This document shows positions 55,963-64,000 of a DNA stretch of 64,000 nt, in pieces. Every line of letters starts with the position of its first letter. Position 1 is the stretch's first letter. The stretch covers positions 62,001-126,000 of IMG/VR virus record IMGVR_UViG_3300042261_002385; one strand, written 5' to 3'. A program made the position numbers and the translations under genes. The notes under the pieces are model-generated. The model was not told where the DNA came from, did no database searches, and was given only the letters and a program-made list of their open reading frames with translations.

Positions 55963-56619
55963 TTATAATTGTTTAAGTATATTTATTAAAAAATCTTTTG
56001 AATAATTTTCTATTATTTGTTTAGCAACATTTCTGTCTAATGGATAATACTTATTCTCTCTTATCCAGACAGTCAAAATCCACTTCTCACCAACTAAAGG
56101 TGGTTTACCACTATGCCAAGAGTCATCAAAAATGTTTAAATCACTGTCAACATTATTCCAGTAGATGCAATCACCAACATTTAGTCTCAAAGATATACCA
56201 GACTTATCAAATGAAGTTTCTCCACCAACTTCACATTGTCGTAAACAAATAATAAATGTTTTTAGACGCTGACCACCTAAAACAGACTCTACATAAAATT
56301 CACTTTCTTTTGAGAATGCGTCAAAATGAGGTTTAAATTCCTGTCCTGGACTATATTTAATCAGAGTTAATAATTCTTGATTCTCAATCGGTAGGTTAGA
56401 AATTTGAGAAATTTTGTCTTTTAGATCAAAAATAATATTTTTAACTGCAAAATCTTCAATGTTCAACAAATCTATATAACAATCATTAGATGTCCTCAAT
56501 TCGGAATTACCAATCACTTTTGATTCAGAAAGTTTGTCTGAGTAATACTCAATTATTTTGTCACAACTACTAACATCTAAGAAGTTACTATCTACAGTAT
56601 ATTCAAAACTCATAATCAT
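55963..56619 (-). CDS. 2OG-Fe(II) oxygenase, prolyl 4-hydroxylase-like
   Basis: RTS, Y.PGQEFKPHFD, GGETSF, HSG.P...GEKW. Confidence 0.88.
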   Translation of the reverse strand: MIMSFEYTVDSNFLDVSSCDKIIEYYSDKLSESKVIGNSELRTSNDCYIDLLNIEDFAVKNIIFDLKDKISQISNLPIENQELLTLIKYSPGQEFKPHFDAFSKESEFYVESVLGGQRLKTFIICLRQCEVGGETSFDKSGISLRLNVGDCIYWNNVDSDLNIFDDSWHSGKPPLVGEKWILTVWIRENKYYPLDRNVAKQIIENYSKDFLINILKQL

Positions 56620-58325
56620 TCAAAGTCGGTTTCATAAACTACTTCCTCAATTGAGGTAAATACTTCTTTATTAATTTTCAAAATCTTATCAAACATTTCC
56701 TCACTCAAAATGGCATGATGAACTACGAATATGTTGATATTGTAGTCATTTGCAAACGATTTAAGTAATAATAAAATAGAGTCGATACCTTCTAAGTCGA
56801 TTGAAGAAAAAACCTCATCTAAAAAAAGTATATTGATATGTTTTTTTGTTCTAATTAGTTTTAAGTAGGCAATTAAAATTGCAATATTAATCTTTTTTGT
56901 TTCTCCAGTCGAAAGCGAGTCGTGTTCAATTGCAACACCCAGGCTTTTGATTTCAGCAGTAAACGTTTCATCTAACTTTACATCAAATGGTAAAAGCATT
57001 TTCTTAACATTCTCAGATACAAAGTAGTTTATTGGCTTTATTATACCAGAAATAATAGCTTTCTTTACACCATCTTCACTTAAGATGCGATTTAATTCTT
57101 TATAGTATAACTCTTTTTCTTTACAAATCGTCTGACTTTCTTGTGAGATATTTTTTTTATCCTGTAACTCAATAATAGTATTTTGAAACTCTTGTATGTT
57201 AACAGAGTCTTCACCTGATTCTTTAGATTTTTTAAGATTTAGTTTTTCTATTTGAGTTTTATAATTCCTAAGTAGGTAATTTAAGTCGTTAAAGGTGGTT
57301 GTTGTCTTTTCAGATAAAGTCTTTAGCTTTTGTTGTTTTTCTTTAATTAACTTTATAGATTCTTCGATTGTCTTAAGTATAGATACAAATCCATCTTTTT
57401 TTTCTACTAATACCTGTCTTAGTGAGATAAAGTGGTCAGAATTAAAATCTGTTCTACAAGTGGGACATTTACCTGAATCATATAAATCAATTTCTCGTTG
57501 TACATTTTTAATATCATTCTGTGTATTGATATATTGACGTTTTTCAACTTCAAGTTCCTCAGTAAGTTCATTTTCTTTATCTTTAATTTTTTCTACTTTT
57601 TCTTTTAGTGCTTTGTAGTCTTCTTTTTTTGAAGACATCTCGTTCATCAGTTTTTCTATCTCAGATTGAATATTCTCTTTTTCTTTCTCAATCGCCTTTT
57701 CAATAGACTTTTTGATAGATTCAATAGAATCTTCTAAAGTTCTAATTTCAGAGTCCAATGAGGCCATCCTGACCTTATTATTTTTGTTTATATCTTTTAA
57801 AATACCATTCAGTATGTTGATTACTTCTAAGTTGAAAAGTTTATCAAGTAGTAATTGTTTTTCTTCATTTGTTAGTGATATAAAGTTTTTAAAATCATTT
57901 ATAGACATTGAAATAAAAGATTTGAAAGTTTCTATATCCATACCAATATATTTTTCAATCTTCTCATCTATATTAGCTTTACCTGCTCTTTCATTGACAA
58001 CTCCATTTTCAACAAGCTCTAATACATTAGGTGAAATACCTCTTTTAACTTCAACTTCAGTTGAGTTTGAAATAAATTTTATACGATTTAAAAGTTCTCC
58101 ATTTATACGGTTTGGTAGTGTAGAAAGCTTGTGCCATTTTTTCGTCTTACCTGATTTGACTTTACCATAAAGTGTATATTCAAATGACTCTAAGAGAGAT
58201 GATTTACCATTTCCATTTTTACCAACGAGTAAAACTAATTCACCACTTTCAGTGTTGAGTTTTACAATTTGTTCATTATTTCCAAAAGATTTATATCCAC
58301 GGATTCCAATTTCACTAATTAGCAT
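56616..58325 (-). CDS. SbcC/Rad50/gp46-like recombination ATPase
   Basis: GKNGNGKS Walker A, CPTC zinc hook, LSTGE signature, LFLDE Walker B. Confidence 0.92.
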   Translation of the reverse strand: MLISEIGIRGYKSFGNNEQIVKLNTESGELVLLVGKNGNGKSSLLESFEYTLYGKVKSGKTKKWHKLSTLPNRINGELLNRIKFISNSTEVEVKRGISPNVLELVENGVVNERAGKANIDEKIEKYIGMDIETFKSFISMSINDFKNFISLTNEEKQLLLDKLFNLEVINILNGILKDINKNNKVRMASLDSEIRTLEDSIESIKKSIEKAIEKEKENIQSEIEKLMNEMSSKKEDYKALKEKVEKIKDKENELTEELEVEKRQYINTQNDIKNVQREIDLYDSGKCPTCRTDFNSDHFISLRQVLVEKKDGFVSILKTIEESIKLIKEKQQKLKTLSEKTTTTFNDLNYLLRNYKTQIEKLNLKKSKESGEDSVNIQEFQNTIIELQDKKNISQESQTICKEKELYYKELNRILSEDGVKKAIISGIIKPINYFVSENVKKMLLPFDVKLDETFTAEIKSLGVAIEHDSLSTGETKKINIAILIAYLKLIRTKKHINILFLDEVFSSIDLEGIDSILLLLKSFANDYNINIFVVHHAILSEEMFDKILKINKEVFTSIEEVVYETDFE

Positions 58326-58369
58326 TAATAAGTATTATTTTTTACTTATATCAAAAAAAAAGTAAATTG

Positions 58370-58675
58370 TTATTTATTTACGACTTGTATTTTATAGATT
58401 TTAGGATCAAAGTCATTTACAATGTTAATCATTTCATCATAGGGAACAATTTTTTCGATTATTCTAAGCATCAATCTTGAATAACCTGACCAATCCTCAA
58501 TTTGACAACCAAGTTTCTTTTCAAGCTTACTATCCGGTGTAAGGGCAACTACTGCTTCTTTGTAATAAAATATTGTTTCATAAAACTGTTCTTGATAAGC
58601 AAGTGTCATAAGAACAAAAATTCCATCGTCCAGTTTGCCAATATACTCAATGATATCAAAATTTATTTCTTCCAT
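58370..58675 (-). CDS. Hypothetical protein
   Basis: ORF in operon. Confidence 0.6.
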   Translation of the reverse strand: MEEINFDIIEYIGKLDDGIFVLMTLAYQEQFYETIFYYKEAVVALTPDSKLEKKLGCQIEDWSGYSRLMLRIIEKIVPYDEMINIVNDFDPKIYKIQVVNK

Positions 58676-58893
58676 TAAGACAAAATAGTGTCAATTTTTT
58701 CTGACCTGATTTCTTTTAAGTAACCTGATTGACTTAGTGTGTTAAAAATCGATTTACCGACTGATACTCTATTACCACCATCACAAAAACAGTGCATCAT
58801 TTCCATGTAATAACGATGTATCTGCTCTTTTTCCAACTTATCTTCAATTATGTTGACTTTTTCTAAGTCTAAATAGTAATTATCAATTTTCAT
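58675..58893 (-). CDS. Hypothetical protein
   Basis: ORF in operon. Confidence 0.6.
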   Translation of the reverse strand: MKIDNYYLDLEKVNIIEDKLEKEQIHRYYMEMMHCFCDGGNRVSVGKSIFNTLSQSGYLKEIRSEKIDTILS

Positions 58894-58897
58894 ATCA

Positions 58898-59170
58898 TTA
58901 AATTATATCATCAATTATGAACTCTAACTTCTTGAATCTCTCATCTGTGTCAGTGAATATAATTTGAATTTTATCAATATCTTTAAATTCTTGAGCTTTA
59001 CCAGTGACCTCGTTAATCATAACATCTTTTTTGTAAATGATATCAATTCCAGGTTCTTCCCCTAAAAATCTTCTCATATCTTCTTTGATTTGAGATAATT
59101 TCCAATCGTCTTTTTTAAAATCAATTTTTGAGATATACTCTCTGATTGCCATTTCTTTTAATGAATTCAT
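58898..59170 (-). CDS. Hypothetical protein
   Basis: ORF in operon. Confidence 0.6.
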   Translation of the reverse strand: MNSLKEMAIREYISKIDFKKDDWKLSQIKEDMRRFLGEEPGIDIIYKKDVMINEVTGKAQEFKDIDKIQIIFTDTDERFKKLEFIIDDII

Positions 59171-59199
59171 AAAAATAAATTTATTTTTTTATTATATAT

Positions 59200-59532
59200 T
59201 CAAAAATCACCTTTGTCTAAAAAATAGGTATTTTGTTCACTAATTAATTTAAGATTATTATGAATAGAAGTGCAATGTTTTTTAAACATTTTTACATCTT
59301 CATCTGATAGGTCAAACCACTCACCATTTATTTTTTTTGGTTTATAAATACGATGTAACATTGCTTCTATTTTTGTTCCCCATCGAGATTCAAAACTATC
59401 TACTAAATAGATCTCGGAAGCATTTCCAGTCTTAAATTCTTTAATTCTTTTTTCAGGTGTTCTTCTTGTAAATCCAATTTTATGTAATTTTTGACCACTT
59501 ATTTCAGAACAAACTAAATAAATTGAAATCAT
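59200..59532 (-). CDS. GIY-YIG superfamily (T5orf172/MUG113-like) protein
   Basis: IYLV..HKIGFT..PEKRI..F.TGN...E..LH...GEWF. Confidence 0.8.
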   Translation of the reverse strand: MISIYLVCSEISGQKLHKIGFTRRTPEKRIKEFKTGNASEIYLVDSFESRWGTKIEAMLHRIYKPKKINGEWFDLSDEDVKMFKKHCTSIHNNLKLISEQNTYFLDKGDF

Positions 59533-62500
59533 TATTTATCCTTTTTTTGTTTTACATCAACTTTAATTTCAAGAGGTTCTTTTGGTTTATTACCCTGTGA
59601 TTTAACAAAACCATCAATGCTATTAGCACTTCTACTAATATTTGTCAGTAATTTTACTACTTCGTCCATTTTTTGGGACACATACAAAATCTCATTCTTT
59701 CTTTCAAGATCCGCTGACAATTTTTTCTTTTTATCATCTCTAACAGTAAATAGCTCTTTGGTTTTTACTGGAGATACACGTTTTTCAGGATCAAAATTAC
59801 CAGTAGATAATTGTTTTGTTATGGACCCTAACTCTGATAAGTTTTTCAATTTCAACATTTGAAGAGCCCTACCGAGTTTCATTAAAGCCGTTGCCATTGC
59901 ATCATAACCTCTAGCAAGTGTAATCATTTTACGGGTTGTTTGAGAAATAGGATCTCTTCCAAGTGCCGATTCAAAGGCTGAACCCATCCTACCAAAGAAT
60001 GTTGTTCCTTTTCCTTCTATTTCAGCAATTCTTTTGACTACATAAGTGAAATCAATTAAATTTTGACCTACTTTTCTCATGAAGAATGGATCTACTTTCA
60101 TTTCGAATGCTTTTCTACCACTAAGAATTATATTTGCAACTTTGACAAGTCTAAATGCATAATCAGCCACTATATCATAGCTTCCAAAGCCAAAAAATGA
60201 AAGACCTCTACTCATGCTTTTTAAGAAACCACCACCATCGAGTCTTTCAAGCATTAAAACTGTTTTTGCATATGTTATGATAGAACCCGAAGGAGCTAAC
60301 ATAGACCTACTCCATCTTAATACACTACTGGCAACTGAAGAACTAAATAATTTTCTATTTCTGTAGAAAATTGCAGCAACAGTTGCCATTTGAATTGAGA
60401 CATCTCTTGGTAGTGTCAAATCTTTCCTTTCTTTAACTTTTCTAGTAGTAGATGATGATCCAATACCGAAGAATCCGGAATTAGTGGAAGTAACTGTTTT
60501 CTCTGTAACAAGCATCTTATCTAACTGTAGTGCTAATTTTGCAAATCCAATAATATTTTTAGAAATATTTTTAATGAAATTAGGACTTAAAGTAACAGTG
60601 AATGCTTTTCTATTGTTATATAAAACTGCCGCTGTCATCGCCATCGACGCGGCACCATCAGCTACTCTACCCGCTAAATCTCTAAACATAGCAGTGCTTA
60701 AACCACTATCCCAAATCATATTGAATATTTCTAAGAATGACTGAATACCGGTTTTTATACCCTGACCCCATTGTTTGGTTGGAAAAGCGGTATATTCAAC
60801 GCCACCAATTGCACCAGCGACATCTCTTATACCATAAGCAATCTGAACCATAGCATATCTCATCTGGTCGATAACTTCTTCAGCACTGTCTGAGAACCAA
60901 CCCGAAGAATTTTTAAACATATAATCGAATACCGGAGCAAACGCTTTGATAGATTCACCGACTCCTTTACCCCATTTCTTAGAAGGAAAGTTCCCACCAA
61001 AGTCTACATCACTCTCTGCAAAAATCTTAGCAGCTGCTACAATACCTTTACTTATGGCTACTATACCATAGACCATATCATCTACAACATCCTGACCGGT
61101 AGTAAACCAGCCTGTGTTTTCGTTAAGTGCGACAAACACTGGTGCAAAAGCTCCTATTGCTTTTCCAACTCCAGTAGCCCATTTCACAGGAGGACCATTC
61201 TCAAATACTGCTTTATTTTTTGCAAAGTAACCAGCGGCCGCTACAATACCTTTCGCCACAATTCTAATCGCTCTGGCAAAGTCATCAGGTCCAACTCCAC
61301 CTGATCCAAAAGCCTCAAACACAGCATTTCTAACAAGCATTGAGTAAACAGGTGAAAACGCACCTATGGCTATAGCCACACCTTCGGCCCATTTTTTTGT
61401 GGGACCTCCGGTATATTTACCCTTACTTAAAATAAAACTTACCTCAACTATTGACCAAGCAATACTCGCTAACATACCTCTACCTGTCTCAAATGGATCA
61501 GGACCACCAAAAAAACCTGATATAGCAGCCGCAATACCAACTGCACCAAGAATTAAAATTATAGGAACAAACAACGCGTAAAGAGTGGCAACTCCCATGG
61601 CCCACTGACCAAAGTTAGCATTGTATTTACCTTGTCCTAAAATATTCGCCACCTCGACTATGGTATTAGCCACAGTTAGTATCATCGGAAGACCAACCCA
61701 GAAGAATGGATTTATCACATTAAGACCTAAAGCGATTGCACCGATTGCAAAAGCACCAAGTGCAGCTCCAACCTGAATAGTCCATTTAAGTTTTGGATAT
61801 TTTCCATACTTACCCGCGTTCAAAATCATTGATGTCGCAACAATAGTTGCTGAAACAAGTAAAATCGCTGCTAGACCAGCTAAGAATACCAAAGCTTGTG
61901 GTCCAAACACAGCCGAACCTAAAGCCAGAGCACCAATTGCAAAAGCCCCTAATGAAGCAGCGACTCCAATTGCCCACTTAAGTCCTGGATAATTTTTATA
62001 TTTACCGATATTTAATATAAGTGATGATACCGCAATGACACCTGCTAAGATTAAAATAACAAGTCCACCTTTTAGTGCATCAACTGGTTTTAGAACTTTA
62101 CCTATGATCTTAGTCGCAAAGGCGTAAGCAACAAATATAATTGCTGTTACTAATCCAAAAACTAACAACTTTAGTATCATACCAAGTGTGAGTTTGTCAA
62201 ATGATGATTTAAACTTGGCGAATATAAAAGCTGACAACGCCAGTGATAGTGCCATCAAAGTAAACAACACCGGTAGTAGAATTACTTGTTTAAGAGACAA
62301 TTTACCTAAGAATTTTGAGGCAAAAGCCACTATAAAAACTACTACACCCATAGCAAACCCTAAGAAAAGTATTCTTAATATTGTTCCATAACCTAATGCA
62401 TCAATTGACTTTTTAAACATAGGTTTAGCAAATATAAATGCTGAAAGAGCCAAAGCTAATGACATAGTCGTCAAGAAAAGAGGTAGTAGTAAAACTTCTT

Positions 62501-63875
62501 TTATACTTAATTTACCTAATTTATTAGTTGCCATAGCCATTAAAAACGCAACAACACTTATACTAGCTCCTAAAAATAATATTTTGAATATTGTGCCATA
62601 TCCAAGTTTATCAAACGAAGATTTGAATTCTGAAAATATCGCAGCAGAAAGTGCGATAGCTAATGCAATAGCAACCATCGCAATAGGTAATAGTAATATA
62701 GCAACTGGATTTGTTTTTTCTAATGAGTTTATCAGTTTCGCAATACCTAACGATACAACAGCAAACATACCGGCGATTAATATTGCGGTGATTGCTTGCA
62801 TAAATCCGATAGGTTTAATCTGGTTTAAAGCGTGAGATGACCATGTGATACCTTTAGCAATCATAAACATTATCAGTGGTAGACCTAAAATAATTGCAAA
62901 CATTTTACCCATTCCAATTGAAGTAGTCTTAAAACCAAAACCTCCACCACTCGCCTGTTGTGAGGTTGTTAAAGACGTAATCAAACCAGCGATACCTCTA
63001 GCGACTATAGCAAACATTACACCAATCAAAATTGCAGTCAATGCTTTCGGGATTGATATAGGTGTAATTTGTGCCAAAAATTTAGATGACATCATAATCC
63101 CTATTGACATAGAGACCATAAGAAGAGGAAGCATCACAGCTGCTTTTAGAACTGTTCCAAATGACATACTTTGCGTCTTCATCTTCATACCTCTGAACTC
63201 CACATCCTGAGATGTTGTCATCGCAGCAATTAATTTTGATATAGCCGGAGCTACTAAAGTGAAGAGTAGAGCTATTGAAGCAGCGGTCAAAATTTGAGGT
63301 ATAGTTATTGGTTTAATCTTTGATAATAACCAAGAAGAAACCATAATACCTAAAGATGCGATGACCATTATCGCCGAAGTAATTGCAGCTTCTCTTATAG
63401 TCATTGGTCCACCAGTTGCGCCCGTAATTTTAGCTACTCTTTCAAACGCAAAAGCTACTAACATAATACCAATTCCAAGTGCAATTACGGAAAGAATATT
63501 TACTTTACCTACAATTTTAAATGCTAAACCTATTGCTAATACGGCTATTGCGATTAATAAAATAGTTGCTACACCTTTTTTGAGTTGAGATTCTTTCTTA
63601 GGATCTCCACCTTCCATAGGTTCAGTTTTTTTATCATCATTTTTTTGTTTACAAAGACCAATTATGGTTTGTTGATTTTTAAGAATCTCTTGAGTATCAG
63701 TTTTTATAGATTTAATTTCAACACTTATTTGTTCCAAAGATTTACCAAAATCTCCAGATTGTAAGGCAGCACCCGTGTCTGACTTCTTTCCATCATCTTT
63801 CTTCTGTAAAGCCTCAACTAATGCTTCCAGTCCGAGTGATAAGTTATCTAATGCTGCTAATAATTGTTTATCCAT
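59532..63875 (-). CDS. Tape-measure-like or multi-pass membrane virion protein
   Basis: 1447 aa; Ala/Gly/Ile-rich helical repeats, PxKxWxxGV repeats. Confidence 0.65.
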   Translation of the reverse strand: MDKQLLAALDNLSLGLEALVEALQKKDDGKKSDTGAALQSGDFGKSLEQISVEIKSIKTDTQEILKNQQTIIGLCKQKNDDKKTEPMEGGDPKKESQLKKGVATILLIAIAVLAIGLAFKIVGKVNILSVIALGIGIMLVAFAFERVAKITGATGGPMTIREAAITSAIMVIASLGIMVSSWLLSKIKPITIPQILTAASIALLFTLVAPAISKLIAAMTTSQDVEFRGMKMKTQSMSFGTVLKAAVMLPLLMVSMSIGIMMSSKFLAQITPISIPKALTAILIGVMFAIVARGIAGLITSLTTSQQASGGGFGFKTTSIGMGKMFAIILGLPLIMFMIAKGITWSSHALNQIKPIGFMQAITAILIAGMFAVVSLGIAKLINSLEKTNPVAILLLPIAMVAIALAIALSAAIFSEFKSSFDKLGYGTIFKILFLGASISVVAFLMAMATNKLGKLSIKEVLLLPLFLTTMSLALALSAFIFAKPMFKKSIDALGYGTILRILFLGFAMGVVVFIVAFASKFLGKLSLKQVILLPVLFTLMALSLALSAFIFAKFKSSFDKLTLGMILKLLVFGLVTAIIFVAYAFATKIIGKVLKPVDALKGGLVILILAGVIAVSSLILNIGKYKNYPGLKWAIGVAASLGAFAIGALALGSAVFGPQALVFLAGLAAILLVSATIVATSMILNAGKYGKYPKLKWTIQVGAALGAFAIGAIALGLNVINPFFWVGLPMILTVANTIVEVANILGQGKYNANFGQWAMGVATLYALFVPIILILGAVGIAAAISGFFGGPDPFETGRGMLASIAWSIVEVSFILSKGKYTGGPTKKWAEGVAIAIGAFSPVYSMLVRNAVFEAFGSGGVGPDDFARAIRIVAKGIVAAAGYFAKNKAVFENGPPVKWATGVGKAIGAFAPVFVALNENTGWFTTGQDVVDDMVYGIVAISKGIVAAAKIFAESDVDFGGNFPSKKWGKGVGESIKAFAPVFDYMFKNSSGWFSDSAEEVIDQMRYAMVQIAYGIRDVAGAIGGVEYTAFPTKQWGQGIKTGIQSFLEIFNMIWDSGLSTAMFRDLAGRVADGAASMAMTAAVLYNNRKAFTVTLSPNFIKNISKNIIGFAKLALQLDKMLVTEKTVTSTNSGFFGIGSSSTTRKVKERKDLTLPRDVSIQMATVAAIFYRNRKLFSSSVASSVLRWSRSMLAPSGSIITYAKTVLMLERLDGGGFLKSMSRGLSFFGFGSYDIVADYAFRLVKVANIILSGRKAFEMKVDPFFMRKVGQNLIDFTYVVKRIAEIEGKGTTFFGRMGSAFESALGRDPISQTTRKMITLARGYDAMATALMKLGRALQMLKLKNLSELGSITKQLSTGNFDPEKRVSPVKTKELFTVRDDKKKKLSADLERKNEILYVSQKMDEVVKLLTNISRSANSIDGFVKSQGNKPKEPLEIKVDVKQKKDK

Positions 63876-63956
63876 AAAAAACTTTTAGTATTCACAACTA
63901 TATATTAAAATCAACATACTCTTTAGAATATATAATTAGAAGGAGAATGATTAATT

Positions 63957-64000
63957 ATGAAAATAAAACGACTTATTAAATATTATCTTTTAGGTGAATC
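63957..64000 (+). CDS. 3'-truncated ORF (MKIKRLIKYYLLGE...)
   Basis: ATG after an AATATATA motif; frame open to the window end. Confidence 0.4.
   Translation, partial: MKIKRLIKYYLLGE

Noticed and set aside
59617-63588. Plus-strand ORFs opposite the tape-measure-like gene, and similar nested or antisense ORFs elsewhere
   Set aside because: Shadow frames of long genes, with no motifs or expression signals.
1-64000. Stop-codon reassignment
   Set aside because: Long ORFs are intact in the standard code, and TAG and TGA end recognisable genes (smpB, SbcC-like) at plausible positions.
1-64000. CRISPR array or IS element
   Set aside because: No regularly spaced direct repeats or transposase motifs were seen.

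Overview
Strongly AT-rich, densely coding segment of a very large (jumbo/huge) tailed phage. The host is most likely a Bacteroidota/Flavobacteriia bacterium: TAnnTTTG/TTTG promoters, a T9SS type-B CTD protein and a Bacteroidota-type bS21 are present. The first 14 kb hold 28 recognisable tRNA genes and 3 atypical tRNA-like RNAs, all on the minus strand. Main observation: each of the four tRNA clusters is preceded by an unannotated 23-37 codon leader ORF containing an antiterminator segment, followed by an intrinsic terminator. The control codons of each leader match the anticodons of that cluster. This looks like ribosome-mediated attenuation that switches on phage tRNA clusters when the cognate charged tRNAs run short. 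Several tRNAs have non-canonical architecture. The rest encodes translation and proteostasis factors (SmpB, YqeY, bS1-like, bS21, bL12-CTD-like, ClpP, DnaJ, sirtuin, nucleotidyltransferase), an ECF-type sigma factor, NAD ligase, a primase-like TOPRIM protein, SbcC/gp46, Dam, HNH/GIY-YIG nucleases, very large virion proteins and a tape-measure-like protein. All calls come from manual reading; no searches or folding programs were run.
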